Source: a phage
Direction: 5' to 3' (one strand)
Sequence record: PZ445487.1
DNA length: 64,000 bases
In this document: positions 26,301 to 36,047 of the stretch, one piece after another
Numbering within the stretch: position 1 is the first letter of the stretch
Layout of the letters: each line of letters begins with the position of its first letter
The notes under the pieces: generated by a model
What the model saw: only the letters and a program-made list of their open reading frames with translations
Told to the model about the DNA's origin: nothing
The model's database searches: none
Made by a program: the position numbers and the translations under genes

Positions 26301-29294
26301 ACCTTTCTTGCCCATCATGGACAACAGATTAACTCGACGTTTATGAGACCAACCAACCACATCCAAGATAGACTGAATTGGCTCTATAAAGGTCTTTTCA
26401 AACGTGGTGTGGTAATCCACCCATTTATCCAATCCCAATTCTGGAGGAAGGAAGTCAGGGAAGGCTATGCGATCATTCCCCACAGGATTGCCAGGTTTCA
26501 GGTTGATGATTTTAACCTTATCACCGGATTCGATAGGCGGAAGACCGAGATCTTCGTGCTTATCGATCAGCTTGTTGTACATAATACAAGCCTTGGCAGC
26601 AAAGTGCGTACCGCTGATGTAATTCCCGTTCGCGTCTAACCACTTCTCAATATCGCTCACACCAGATGCCTGAGCGATATCATCCACGGTGAGTTCCATA
26701 TATTCCTTTTTGTATCCAGCGATTAATTCCTGAACCTCCGCCTCAGTACCGAGCAGGACTTTCTCATAACATTTGACAAGACGCTCACGACACCATTCCG
26801 GCGTTGTAGATTTACGCGCTTCCAGACCTTTGAATTTGATCTTTGGTTTCTCATACTTGATGCCTTCGCTATCGTATACTGCCATGCAATACATCTTCTT
26901 GGCTCGCCATACAGCAGACGATGCGATGACCTCACGTTCCCAGACCATGCGCTGCTCAAACCCGTTCATGGTATTACACAGCAATTGCGCCCATTCACTA
27001 GTTTTTGGTTGGTAATTCTCTTTGATCCATTGGTCGATGTTATCAACAAGTTTATGATGATCCTTTTCATCAGGCCATAATTGCTTGACCAGGCGTTCAA
27101 TGCAAATATAATTGGAGTCTGTATCACCTGCGATAACAAAATCCTGACCAGTAGTACCACAAAGTTTGTTCAGATAATCATCAGTGTGGCGTTTGTTCCA
27201 TTTATTGATCAGCTGGCCGGAAGTGGTAATTGCTTCAGCGATGTTGATGTTGAAGTATTCTTTAAACCAGACGTTAGAAATTGCACCATATCCTGCGTTC
27301 ATCAAGATCTTCAGACCTTGTTGTAACGTATCTTGGGCAACTCCCAAATCTTCCCACTTGTGCATGACTTCGGTCAGGTGATCAAGGTCGATATGCTTGT
27401 GTTCTTCATACCATTCAGGATCGTAGAAACGAGACTTCATGGCGGATTCAAGGTGGAAATCACCTTTAGACATTTCCTTACACCAACCAGCCCATTGCTC
27501 ATACTTCAGGCCAGTTGCTTTCTCTCCTTTACGGTCAGCGTATATGCCTCGCATAATTTCGGAAAGGAAGGACATCTTCTCATTACTGAAGAACTGAACG
27601 TTCGGGGTAAAAGAAACGTTATAACGGCGTAACGTTTCAAAATGGAATTCACCCAGCGCGACCAATTCATCAACAACTTGTATGCGTTCATCAATAGCAC
27701 GCTGCAGCTTGTCGTGAAGATTTTTGAGATGACGGCGCTTGTTCATAGGCGTTGTCATATCATTCATCGCTTTGGTCAATTCTTCACACATGGACTCAAT
27801 GATATCGCGACGTGTGTGCTTGTCAGAAACGATAGTCTCAGGACCAAGGTTGTATTGCTGTATGATGTGGGGATACAGGGAGTTTAAGTCCTCAGAGAAT
27901 ACCCAGAAATATATCCCTGGTGCAACCTCCATGACATATGCGCCTTCAAAGTCCGTTGGACCATCATATACACGCTGTATTTTAGGGACAATCCCCTTTT
28001 CATAAAGACGATAGTAACACATCGCCAGCCATGGTGCTACAGTCCCAAGACCGTCTTCATAGTTAGATTTGGTGCGATACGCCAATACGAACATCAGCTG
28101 TATCAAACGCAGCTTTTGTTCTAAACGCCACACGAGTTTGACGTCTTTGATACCATATCGGGTGTGTTTGCAATAATCATTAAAATATAGATCATACAAT
28201 GACTTGCTTTCACTATAATCCAACTTCTTCTCACCGAGTTCACAATAAGCGATCCAATCCAGTGAGTATTTTTCGCGGGTCGTGTACGTGTGTTTCTTGT
28301 AAACTTGCATGTAGTCCATCATAGGACAACCGACGAATTGATAAGAAGTCACGTCGCCTTTACGGTCTTTGATGAAACGTTTCTTGAGTTTGCTCCAAGG
28401 ACTGAGACGCTCTGCCTGAGTTTCACCGAGAACCTGCGTAATACGTTCAACCAAGTACGGGCTATCAAACGTTTCGATGTTCCAGCCAGTCCAACCATCA
28501 AATTGACGTTCAGACCAATAATCTAAGAAAGCGCGAAGAAGTTCTTGTTCAGTAGTGTATTCTTTGTATTCAACCTCAAGACCACCTATCTCTTCATCAT
28601 TTGGATCATATTTGAATTTATGGCGATCCTTAGAGCACGGCATACCCCAGACATAGAACTTGTTGGTGTTCATGTCTTGAAGCTGGATGAGCGTAATAGG
28701 GAAGGCGGCATTCATGTTCTGTGTGATCTTCCCATTACTATCAATGATAGGGAACTGGTCAGTCACGTTGTTGGAAATAAAGGAACCTGGGAAATGCTCT
28801 CGAACGAAATCATGGTTGGCCAACACTTGCTTATGAAATCGGCGAACACGCGCCTCGCTCCCCTTAAACGTGTGGGATTCAATCGTCGCGTGAGGAAATG
28901 GACCTTTAGTCATTTCTCCATCGCGCCACCCAGCCGAGAAAACTTCGATATCCACGTTGGCGATGTGAATATTTGAGTAATCGGGGGTAATCATCCCAGG
29001 AAAACTATGCGCTATGAATTGATATGCATAATCCGTTTGCCCGTAAACGGCAGCGCCTTCGACCTCCTTATATTCCTCCAGATAGTTGTCGGCGTCACGC
29101 ATTGACGCAAATTTTTTAGACACCAACGGTTCATTGAGGAGGCCAATCTTTTCAACTTTGGAATAATCGGCTGTGGGTAAATACAAGGTGGGTTCGAATT
29201 TCTTACGCAACATACGGCGATTGCCGTTGTCGTCTGCAATACGAATCAGAAGGTCGTTACCCTGTCGGGCAACGTTCGTATAGAAAACAGTCAT
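26298..29294 (-). CDS. 43: DNA polymerase (T4 gp43-like, family B)
   Basis: 998 aa from ATG 29294 (MTVFYTNVARQGNDLLIRIADDNGNRRMLRK parallels the T4 gp43 N-terminus); the ORF-track start at 29453 adds 53 unsupported residues. Confidence 0.9.
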   Translation of the reverse strand: MTVFYTNVARQGNDLLIRIADDNGNRRMLRKKFEPTLYLPTADYSKVEKIGLLNEPLVSKKFASMRDADNYLEEYKEVEGAAVYGQTDYAYQFIAHSFPGMITPDYSNIHIANVDIEVFSAGWRDGEMTKGPFPHATIESHTFKGSEARVRRFHKQVLANHDFVREHFPGSFISNNVTDQFPIIDSNGKITQNMNAAFPITLIQLQDMNTNKFYVWGMPCSKDRHKFKYDPNDEEIGGLEVEYKEYTTEQELLRAFLDYWSERQFDGWTGWNIETFDSPYLVERITQVLGETQAERLSPWSKLKKRFIKDRKGDVTSYQFVGCPMMDYMQVYKKHTYTTREKYSLDWIAYCELGEKKLDYSESKSLYDLYFNDYCKHTRYGIKDVKLVWRLEQKLRLIQLMFVLAYRTKSNYEDGLGTVAPWLAMCYYRLYEKGIVPKIQRVYDGPTDFEGAYVMEVAPGIYFWVFSEDLNSLYPHIIQQYNLGPETIVSDKHTRRDIIESMCEELTKAMNDMTTPMNKRRHLKNLHDKLQRAIDERIQVVDELVALGEFHFETLRRYNVSFTPNVQFFSNEKMSFLSEIMRGIYADRKGEKATGLKYEQWAGWCKEMSKGDFHLESAMKSRFYDPEWYEEHKHIDLDHLTEVMHKWEDLGVAQDTLQQGLKILMNAGYGAISNVWFKEYFNINIAEAITTSGQLINKWNKRHTDDYLNKLCGTTGQDFVIAGDTDSNYICIERLVKQLWPDEKDHHKLVDNIDQWIKENYQPKTSEWAQLLCNTMNGFEQRMVWEREVIASSAVWRAKKMYCMAVYDSEGIKYEKPKIKFKGLEARKSTTPEWCRERLVKCYEKVLLGTEAEVQELIAGYKKEYMELTVDDIAQASGVSDIEKWLDANGNYISGTHFAAKACIMYNKLIDKHEDLGLPPIESGDKVKIINLKPGNPVGNDRIAFPDFLPPELGLDKWVDYHTTFEKTFIEPIQSILDVVGWSHKRRVNLLSMMGKKG

Positions 29295-29373
29295 TGTTTG
29301 TCTCCGGTTAACCGTGCCGTTAGCACGTCCCCGTAATTTAGCCGAGGAACGTTCAATGACCAAGGAGTTTATT

Positions 29374-29946
29374 ATGGCAATCCCCTTTGTGAGTATGATC
29401 CCAGGGGCGCTCAAGCAACTCTGGAACCTCGGGACTGATTTGATCCAATACAAGCGGGAAGTTGTTCAGGCCAAACACGATGTCAAGCTAGAGGCTATCA
29501 AGTCCTCCTCAGATTGGGAGCTGTCTAAGATCACCGAAGTCGGCGGGTCTTGGAAAGACGAATTCTGGACTATCGTGTTAGCTGTTCCCGCTATCCTCGT
29601 CATGACTGCTCCGGTTGTGGAACTAATTCTGTTCCCTGATGAGTATCATAAAGGGGATTTCATCAAAGCAGTAATCGACGGCCTCCAGGCGCTCGATACC
29701 GCACCTGAATGGTATACCTATTCGTTATTGACAGCAATTAGTGCATCATTCGGTATCAAGGGGTATAACCATTACAAAAGCAACAGCCGGAAGGCGCAAG
29801 CTGTGGATGCTCTCAAGCAGTTTGGGGTCAAAGTGGTTAACAAAGATCCCACTGTTGTTACTCAGTCGGGTTCTCCCGATCTTGAGTCTGCTCCCCCAGC
29901 TGGGTCTACTGCGACCTCTGGTGCGTGGCCTGATCTGAAGAAATAA
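29374..29946 (+). CDS. hypothetical protein with central TM segment (190 aa)
   Basis: ATG 29374 preceded by AAGGAG at 6 nt; divergent from the polymerase; FWTIVLAVPAILVMTAPVV hydrophobic. Confidence 0.5.
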   Translation: MAIPFVSMIPGALKQLWNLGTDLIQYKREVVQAKHDVKLEAIKSSSDWELSKITEVGGSWKDEFWTIVLAVPAILVMTAPVVELILFPDEYHKGDFIKAVIDGLQALDTAPEWYTYSLLTAISASFGIKGYNHYKSNSRKAQAVDALKQFGVKVVNKDPTVVTQSGSPDLESAPPAGSTATSGAWPDLKK

Positions 29947-29987
29947 GTTAGAGGGGAGGAAACTCCCCTTTCTTTTGGTGTTAAGGA

Positions 29988-30200
29988 ATGAAAGTGGTAA
30001 ACAAGAGATTGCTGGTCACCCAAGGCGGGGCGACGATAGTGAGAGGAAGGATTTACGAACAGATTCAGCTGGGTGATCATAAGACACGCCTGACTGTCAA
30101 AGCACCGGACGGCGGATGGCCCACAAAGGTGGTTGTCCCCGACGGCCTCATAGAACGAGGGAAAGCAGTGTACAAAGGAGCAGAGTTCAAAATTTATTAA
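29988..30200 (+). CDS. hypothetical protein (70 aa)
   Basis: ORF track; AAGGA upstream. Confidence 0.45.
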   Translation: MKVVNKRLLVTQGGATIVRGRIYEQIQLGDHKTRLTVKAPDGGWPTKVVVPDGLIERGKAVYKGAEFKIY

Positions 30201-30295
30201 AATATTTATTGAATAAAGTTTACTTCTTCAATAACTGGCGTATACTTCTAATTGTAGTACGAACAAACAACAATCTGAAGAGAAGGAAATACATC

Positions 30296-30853
30296 ATGGC
30301 AATCGAAATTATCGCTCAATCTAAATCCGGCAAAACTGTATTGTTCGGCACCGAAGAAGGCCGTGTAATCACCACTTTGGGCACAGTTGACGGCAGCAAC
30401 CCCGTAAAAGGCGGTCGCTTCCTGGTTGAGTACGGTTCTCGTGTCGTGATGGTAAGTAAAATTGATGGGCGTGATATCACCGCTCCTCGTCAAGAATTCT
30501 TTGATTCACGTTCTGCCGCCATGCAATTCTTTCTCTTCCAGAAACGTCATGAACTCTTTGTAGAAGCGAAAGACGCAGGTCTGGACGACGAAACGGCTGA
30601 GCTGATTGCCGAAGGTAAAATGACTCTTGAGACTGCTCTGGGAGACATGGATTGCGAAGCCGAAGCGCATTATATTGAATATTCCGCATATCAGAACGAA
30701 TGTGAAGATGATCCGGAAGACGACGGATTCGACCCTGACCTCCACGGCGGCGAAGACGATAACACCCCTTCCTTAGAAGTTCTGATGGCTGGCGGCCAGG
30801 CCGCTTGGGAATGGCAGAACGAGAAGAACGCCTGGCTGGATTCCCGTATCTAA
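30296..30853 (+). CDS. hypothetical acidic protein (185 aa)
   Basis: Start moved to ATG 30296 (AGAAGGAAAT upstream); acidic C-terminus. Confidence 0.5.
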   Translation: MAIEIIAQSKSGKTVLFGTEEGRVITTLGTVDGSNPVKGGRFLVEYGSRVVMVSKIDGRDITAPRQEFFDSRSAAMQFFLFQKRHELFVEAKDAGLDDETAELIAEGKMTLETALGDMDCEAEAHYIEYSAYQNECEDDPEDDGFDPDLHGGEDDNTPSLEVLMAGGQAAWEWQNEKNAWLDSRI

Positions 30854-30860
30854 TTGACTG

Positions 30861-30885
30861 AAGCCCCTTCGGGGGCTTACTTTGA
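30861..30885 (+). terminator. rho-independent terminator (aagcccc-ttcg-ggggctt, then T-rich)
   Basis: Perfect 7-bp stem directly after the stop at 30853. Confidence 0.55.
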
Positions 30886-30901
30886 ACTGAAGGACTATAT
30901 C

Positions 30902-31054
30902 ATGATTTTAATCTTATGGTTTGTATTCACATTTCTGGCCATGGCCGACATCGGCAAGTATCACGTTCTCCCAAGCGACCTGACCGTCCTGCTATACGGC
31001 ATAGTTTCGTTTGTGCTGGGTTCCTTGCGCGCCCATATGAGGACTATATCATGA
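30902..31054 (+). CDS. small membrane protein (50 aa)
   Basis: ATG 30902 after AAGGACTATATC; two hydrophobic helices; ATGA overlap with next gene. Confidence 0.4.
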   Translation: MILILWFVFTFLAMADIGKYHVLPSDLTVLLYGIVSFVLGSLRAHMRTIS

Positions 31055-31593
31055 GCACCCCAAAAACTCCTGTCCGTATCGCTGTTGAGCCTCTGCTGGT
31101 TGATGCTGAGAATGCTGCTGAGCAGTACGCGAACAAAATCATCAAGAACATAATGGACGATCTAGCATCCAACGGCTGGGACGTTGAGAAGTGCGCTCCG
31201 TGGCCATCTTCGGTTGGCGTCAAGTTTGGTGATCCAGATTACCAACGAATGAAATCAAAACACGCACTCTACCGTTCTTTGACCCAGGCAGTGAATCCTT
31301 CTTACACACCTGGGAAGCCGGATATTGTCAAAGCTGATCCTGAACGCCATGCTCTATTTGTCAAGGAAGCACGTCGAAACGCTGCGATGCAATATGAGTC
31401 TTTCATTTGTAAACTGGAAGACAAAATTGGTGGGCACAGCGCGGCTGTGCTGAATGGTTCCCATATATGGGGTTATTCAATCCTAACCGTGACTACACCA
31501 GAGGGGATCGAGCGCTGGAAGACTCAGACGATTATCAATGTGTCCAAGCTGGGCAAACTCTTTAACCAATATCCAACGAGGAAGGTGAAATGA
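31051..31593 (+). CDS. hypothetical protein (180 aa)
   Basis: ATG 31051 preceded by the same GGACTATATC context as the previous gene. Confidence 0.5.
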   Translation: MSTPKTPVRIAVEPLLVDAENAAEQYANKIIKNIMDDLASNGWDVEKCAPWPSSVGVKFGDPDYQRMKSKHALYRSLTQAVNPSYTPGKPDIVKADPERHALFVKEARRNAAMQYESFICKLEDKIGGHSAAVLNGSHIWGYSILTVTTPEGIERWKTQTIINVSKLGKLFNQYPTRKVK

Positions 31594-31964
31594 TGAAAAA
31601 CTTCGCACAAGAATTACAGACTACGATTGACCAGGCTCAGATTTGGGAAGCCATGGGGATAGTTGAAAAAGCCGTTGATATCTTTGTTTGCAAAATGAAG
31701 AAGCAACTCGTTTCCCAAGCAAATCGCGGAGTTGAAATTGATGACATGGTGTACGCTGTTGGTGGCCACAGGTTTGACGAAATATTAACCGCATTTCAAC
31801 AGGCATATAAGTCTCAAAAATACCCAACAGACAAGCAAGTCGAAAAGTTCAAAACATTGTTGGTGGCGAGTCTTCTGAAGGAAGGTTTGAAGTTCGAATT
31901 ACACAAGGATGAAAGAACAGATGTCGTAACAATGAGATTCACAGTACACACAAACGATATCTAA
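31590..31964 (+). CDS. hypothetical protein (124 aa)
   Basis: ORF track; ATGA overlap with upstream gene. Confidence 0.5.
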   Translation: MMKNFAQELQTTIDQAQIWEAMGIVEKAVDIFVCKMKKQLVSQANRGVEIDDMVYAVGGHRFDEILTAFQQAYKSQKYPTDKQVEKFKTLLVASLLKEGLKFELHKDERTDVVTMRFTVHTNDI

Positions 31965-31995
31965 AACAAAGGGGCATTAAGCCCCTTTGTTTATT
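31965..31995. terminator. bidirectional terminator hairpin (aaaggggc-attaa-gcccctt) between convergent genes
   Basis: 8-bp stem flanked by A-run and T-run. Confidence 0.55.
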
Positions 31996-32449
31996 TCCCA
32001 TCCCAAAAGTCGTCTTCATCGTCTACTTCATCAAACGCAGAATCCAATTCTTCGTCAGAGTACTCTGGAAGACGACCATTCTGTTTCAGATATTCAATTT
32101 CGTCATCTTCCAATTGAAGATCCGTGGCTATAAACAGCGCCCCTGTTTCTTCATCGTGCTCAATACTGTAAGATGTATATTCAGCACCCTGGACTGTAAT
32201 GATGATAGACGTCGGGTCTTCTGGGTCCACATGGGCTTCAAACGGGATACCGTCAATCGGGGCGTCCTCTAAAAATGTAGCAAGAGCTACGGCGGCGCGG
32301 ACGACGTCTGTCCCTTGCACGGAAGCATAAATCTCTTCAGCGCCTGTTTCCCCGCGCTCAAAGAATTCAATCGTAGTCCCGTCTTGAACACCAGTCCAGA
32401 TAGGCATGTCTGCTGGGGAATCCGCTTCAAATAATTTCGAAATTGGCAT
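31991..32449 (-). CDS. hypothetical acidic protein (152 aa)
   Basis: ORF track; highly acidic C-terminus. Confidence 0.5.
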   Translation of the reverse strand: MPISKLFEADSPADMPIWTGVQDGTTIEFFERGETGAEEIYASVQGTDVVRAAVALATFLEDAPIDGIPFEAHVDPEDPTSIIITVQGAEYTSYSIEHDEETGALFIATDLQLEDDEIEYLKQNGRLPEYSDEELDSAFDEVDDEDDFWDGK

Positions 32450-32484
32450 GGTAATGTCCTCTTGAATAAACCGCTTTGGACTAT

Positions 32485-32934
32485 TTAGGCTTCTCTGGTC
32501 GCCAACCCTGGCTTAAACACCACCATTTCCTCAACGTTATTGGCACTCATAGAGGCTATAGAATCGAACCCTTTGTTGATAAGTTCTTTCACATTATCAT
32601 GTATCTTACCAGGCTTTATCCCCAACTCTCGCATTTTATTTTCCCACACCGAAACATTGTTGGAATCTATTACAAGAGTCTTCTTGGCCTTGACACGAAA
32701 TGCCATGACAATAGGTTCACCAGATTGACGATAGCGCACGGCATTTTCTGCGTAGATCTGTGCCTTTTCTGGATCCCCCGTCAGGTAAAACCCAGCACCC
32801 ATCGTACCAGAGTCAGTCTGGCCAAATTTTTCAAAATCAAAGATATCGAATTCAACATTAGACCCATGATACAAAACGATATTCGTAAAATCAGGTAACG
32901 TTGATTCGCGATAAAATTCTAGAAAGGTTTTCAT
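32485..32934 (-). CDS. ADP-ribosyltransferase-fold protein (PARP-like H-Y-E class; Tpt1/KptA C-domain-like)
   Basis: 149 aa; VLYHGSNVEF ... MGAGFYLTGDPEKAQIYAENA parallels the PARP/Tpt1 NAD-binding signature (HGS, GxGxYFA, second Tyr). Confidence 0.4.
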   Translation of the reverse strand: MKTFLEFYRESTLPDFTNIVLYHGSNVEFDIFDFEKFGQTDSGTMGAGFYLTGDPEKAQIYAENAVRYRQSGEPIVMAFRVKAKKTLVIDSNNVSVWENKMRELGIKPGKIHDNVKELINKGFDSIASMSANNVEEMVVFKPGLATREA

Positions 32935-32973
32935 AGATACCCCACACTGGTCGTATGGGGTATTTAGGATGGA

Positions 32974-34167
32974 TTAGCTGGGGACAAACTCATTCACAGG
33001 AACATGTTCAGGTATTGATAATTCAGGACAAGCAGCTTTCATCGCTTCCAGATATGGCTTGCTACCCACGATCCAAAACAATGAGTTCTCATTAAGCAAT
33101 TCTGGTTTGTGTTCCTGTATCCATGTCATCACCTTCCCTTCATAACGAGGATGCAACTCAATATCTCCCCACTGGTAATCCATGAGGTCGTTGTAACGAA
33201 CCCAATTAGTGGTATGAAGATCCCAATGGTGTACCTCAAAACGAGGAAGCACGATATCCGGCTCGTTCTTTGGCCTGATACCACTTAGGAGGCCAGCCAG
33301 CGAAACGCTCTTAGAGGCATGCTGGAGATCCTTCTTACCATACACATAGTCTGGGTTGTCGTGATAGCGACGAGTGAAATCAGTTATGTGAGGGAGGTTT
33401 GCTTGCTTACCGATAATGCGCAAACGACTTTCAATGAAATCTAATCGGTTTGGGCCAATCCCGATCAGATAAACATTCTTCAGATTTGGTTTCGGATGCA
33501 TCGCCAAACCTGTCAGGATACTGGTGCATGAATTACAAGAACCAGCAGGAATGATCAGATCAGTGATATGGTCTGGGATATTGGCAACCTGCTCGCCACC
33601 CAGCATATGGAATCCAGCAATGCGTTCTGGTGAATGAACGGTATGATCCAATGTAATGCCATATTCCAGATAATACGCCTTTGGATTTAATTGTTCAATG
33701 AGTTTCTTACAGCGCGGCTGAATGGTGCTATTGTAACCAGATCCAACAAAGTTGAACTCACTACCAAACCATGCTGACATTGAAACCATATCATGATTCA
33801 TGCATGTGGTTGGTTTAGTGGCACCCAGCACAGTGGTTGTCTTACCGCCGAAATGCCGTGAGACTGCCGTCGCCATAGGGGACTGCGGACTACCAACGAC
33901 AGTACCATGGATAAGATCTGGGGATCCTCCAGCTTTCAGATGCTCCATCATGAGCCAGATGGCCTGACGGAGTTTGCTGCCATTGATCCCCTGCTTGCCA
34001 TTCATATAGCATGACAAAGGCGCGAAGTAATCTTCACGTTTGAACCAAACCTGCTGATTGGTTTCTGGATTGGCAATGAGTTCGCACGGGGTGTGTTTGT
34101 AGAGATAATCTTCCCAATGAACCAGATCGCGGTTGAGGGAAAGAGTATCGAAGATGGTTTTGTTCAT
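32974..34167 (-). CDS. PLP-dependent enzyme, fold-type II (ACC deaminase / D-cysteine desulfhydrase-like)
   Basis: 397 aa; NGSKLRQAIWLMMEHLKAGG resembles the GGNKxRKLEF PLP-lysine motif. Confidence 0.5.
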   Translation of the reverse strand: MNKTIFDTLSLNRDLVHWEDYLYKHTPCELIANPETNQQVWFKREDYFAPLSCYMNGKQGINGSKLRQAIWLMMEHLKAGGSPDLIHGTVVGSPQSPMATAVSRHFGGKTTTVLGATKPTTCMNHDMVSMSAWFGSEFNFVGSGYNSTIQPRCKKLIEQLNPKAYYLEYGITLDHTVHSPERIAGFHMLGGEQVANIPDHITDLIIPAGSCNSCTSILTGLAMHPKPNLKNVYLIGIGPNRLDFIESRLRIIGKQANLPHITDFTRRYHDNPDYVYGKKDLQHASKSVSLAGLLSGIRPKNEPDIVLPRFEVHHWDLHTTNWVRYNDLMDYQWGDIELHPRYEGKVMTWIQEHKPELLNENSLFWIVGSKPYLEAMKAACPELSIPEHVPVNEFVPS

Positions 34168-34236
34168 TCTATTTCTCCTGTAGGCATTGGCTTATCATAG
34201 CGTATCTACAGGAGTATAGAAAAGGAGAATCTCAGA

Positions 34237-34923
34237 TTACTTAGTCAGGAAGTCCAGCAGACGGCGGAAGAACGATTTGCGATCTACTGGTTTCTTCGAT
34301 TCCGGTACAGGATATTGAAGGATAGGTGGGAGTTCAGGGTATCCACCAGGGAAACATTTATCCAGATCATTTAAACTACAACTGGCCAGAGGAGTCGGCT
34401 TCAAAGATTTAATTGCCTGATTCAAATCGGAATTATCCACGACACCCACTTCTTCACCGACCGTAACGCATGGTTTGATTAGAACGGATTTCTTAGATTG
34501 CTCATATTGATGAGCGATATCCAGATATTTCTTGCGCTCTGCGTAGAAATCAACATTCTTTACTTTACGGCGGCGAGCAGTAGAACTCTCTTCACCATAG
34601 AAATCATAACCATTTTTGAATAACCAATTCACGGCTTGCTCAAATGAATTGAATACCATATACAGGCCGCGCCGCCCGTTGACCATATCGTCTTCGCTGG
34701 AATAACCGATGAACACCGCTTGGCCTTTCTTGTTCAGATCAAATGGGGTGCAGACGCCCGTATCATCTAGGGAACGCGGTGCGAGGTGCCCGTCTCTGTA
34801 AATGTAAGCCGGATACAAGAACTCATTCAGAGTGCGCTTGTTGCCTTTATATGTGTACAGACGAGCAAATGGAGGCAGATCACAAACAACATCATTGTAA
34901 TCCCAAATTGTTACATTGCGCAT
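34237..34923 (-). CDS. hypothetical protein (228 aa)
   Basis: ORF track. Confidence 0.5.
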   Translation of the reverse strand: MRNVTIWDYNDVVCDLPPFARLYTYKGNKRTLNEFLYPAYIYRDGHLAPRSLDDTGVCTPFDLNKKGQAVFIGYSSEDDMVNGRRGLYMVFNSFEQAVNWLFKNGYDFYGEESSTARRRKVKNVDFYAERKKYLDIAHQYEQSKKSVLIKPCVTVGEEVGVVDNSDLNQAIKSLKPTPLASCSLNDLDKCFPGGYPELPPILQYPVPESKKPVDRKSFFRRLLDFLTK

Positions 34924-34994
34924 GGTGTTTCCTCAAATCAATGAAGGGGTTTATAAACGGTTAAATTTTAAACCCCTCTTCCTCATTGAACAAA

Positions 34995-35513
34995 TCAAAT
35001 ACTAGTCATATAGAGTGGGACAACCTGCTCAGCGATCAACACGACCTCGGTAATGGTAAAATCACCACCATAAGAGTACAGTTTCATTTGCGCCCCGTTG
35101 GTCGCCAGGTTCCCATCCTTGTCAACGCTGAAGAATGTAATGAAAGACAAAGTGTCCGGCGGCGGTACGCTAGCATCACGACTTCTTGATAACTGGTTCC
35201 CCACAGAACCCACAAAATCTAATATCATGGTTCTATTAGAAGTAGACCCAGACCATGATCCGACAATATTAACCTTCACAGGAAGAATAGAATCATAGGG
35301 AAACGCATGAAATTTGTGATCTGATAATTTAAAGAACGGAGCCAAACCAGTAGGAGAAGAAGGGTTCGGAGTCTTCCCATCCAACACAGTTAACAAATCT
35401 ATTCCAGTTGCCCCAGAAGTTAGAAGTTGTGACAAACCGGAAAATCTGACTTCTGTTTTGATGCGATGGGTCTGAAGCATATTCCCCAAATAGGGAGATA
35501 TCAAAATGGCCAT
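34995..35513 (-). CDS. hypothetical protein (172 aa)
   Basis: ORF track. Confidence 0.5.
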   Translation of the reverse strand: MAILISPYLGNMLQTHRIKTEVRFSGLSQLLTSGATGIDLLTVLDGKTPNPSSPTGLAPFFKLSDHKFHAFPYDSILPVKVNIVGSWSGSTSNRTMILDFVGSVGNQLSRSRDASVPPPDTLSFITFFSVDKDGNLATNGAQMKLYSYGGDFTITEVVLIAEQVVPLYMTSI

Positions 35514-35522
35514 ACTCCCTCC

Positions 35523-35756
35523 TTAAGAAACGATAACCGTCGCATCAGAATTAATTGCCTTAACCCATCCCACCGTCGGCGGGGTTAAAACGACCATATT
35601 TCCTTGATATATGACATGCGCGTTGTTACCCGTTGGAGTGCTGGGGCTATCACACAGATACACAGAACCGTGAGTCACTTGAAGAGTTTTCAAAGATGTG
35701 CCGTCTGAGACTTGCGTCCATGTACTTGCGTTTGGTGTGATCTTAGCAGTTGCCAT
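35523..35756 (-). CDS. hypothetical protein (77 aa)
   Basis: ORF track. Confidence 0.4.
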   Translation of the reverse strand: MATAKITPNASTWTQVSDGTSLKTLQVTHGSVYLCDSPSTPTGNNAHVIYQGNMVVLTPPTVGWVKAINSDATVIVS

Positions 35757-35884
35757 AATAGACCTCCTTTACAAGTCAGATCTATTTATTACAGACAAAA
35801 AGAAACCCGATCATCCTGATCGGGCTATGTTAAACCATCGTGGGGATGGAAAGACTACTCACAGCAATTTCTGATAATGGGCGT

Positions 35885-35913
35885 TGGGAGAGTGCGTCGG
35901 GAATCGAACCCGA
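35885..35913 (-). other. orphan tRNA 3'-module (T-arm tcggg/cccga, 7-nt acceptor strand, no cloverleaf completed)
   Basis: Sense reads ...TCGGG-TTCGATT-CCCGA-CGCACTC-T-CCCA; nearest complementary 5' acceptor strand (GAGTGTG) is about 150 nt upstream at 36034..36040. Confidence 0.3.
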
Positions 35914-36047
35914 AACCGTCAGGACAATGAAAAGCTATTGCATTTCACCTTGCATATCCTCCGGCTTTCTTAACTTCCTTAACCCCAGATTGTTATGAAG
36001 TCGGCATGCACACCTTCTTCATCTTCAGGAAGTCACACTCATTGTTC

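Noticed and set aside
25914-26639. 241-aa plus-strand ORF and many other plus-strand ORFs in 400..26000 (e.g. 5688..5972, 7723..8004, 13202..13444, 14640..15026)
   Set aside because: They are antisense to strongly supported minus-strand genes (polymerase, topoisomerase, rIIA/B) and lack RBS; typical shadow ORFs.
26298-29453. ORF-track start for the DNA polymerase (1051 aa)
   Set aside because: The first 53 residues are low-complexity and overlap the divergent promoter region; the T4 gp43-like N-terminus and an RBS occur at ATG 29294.
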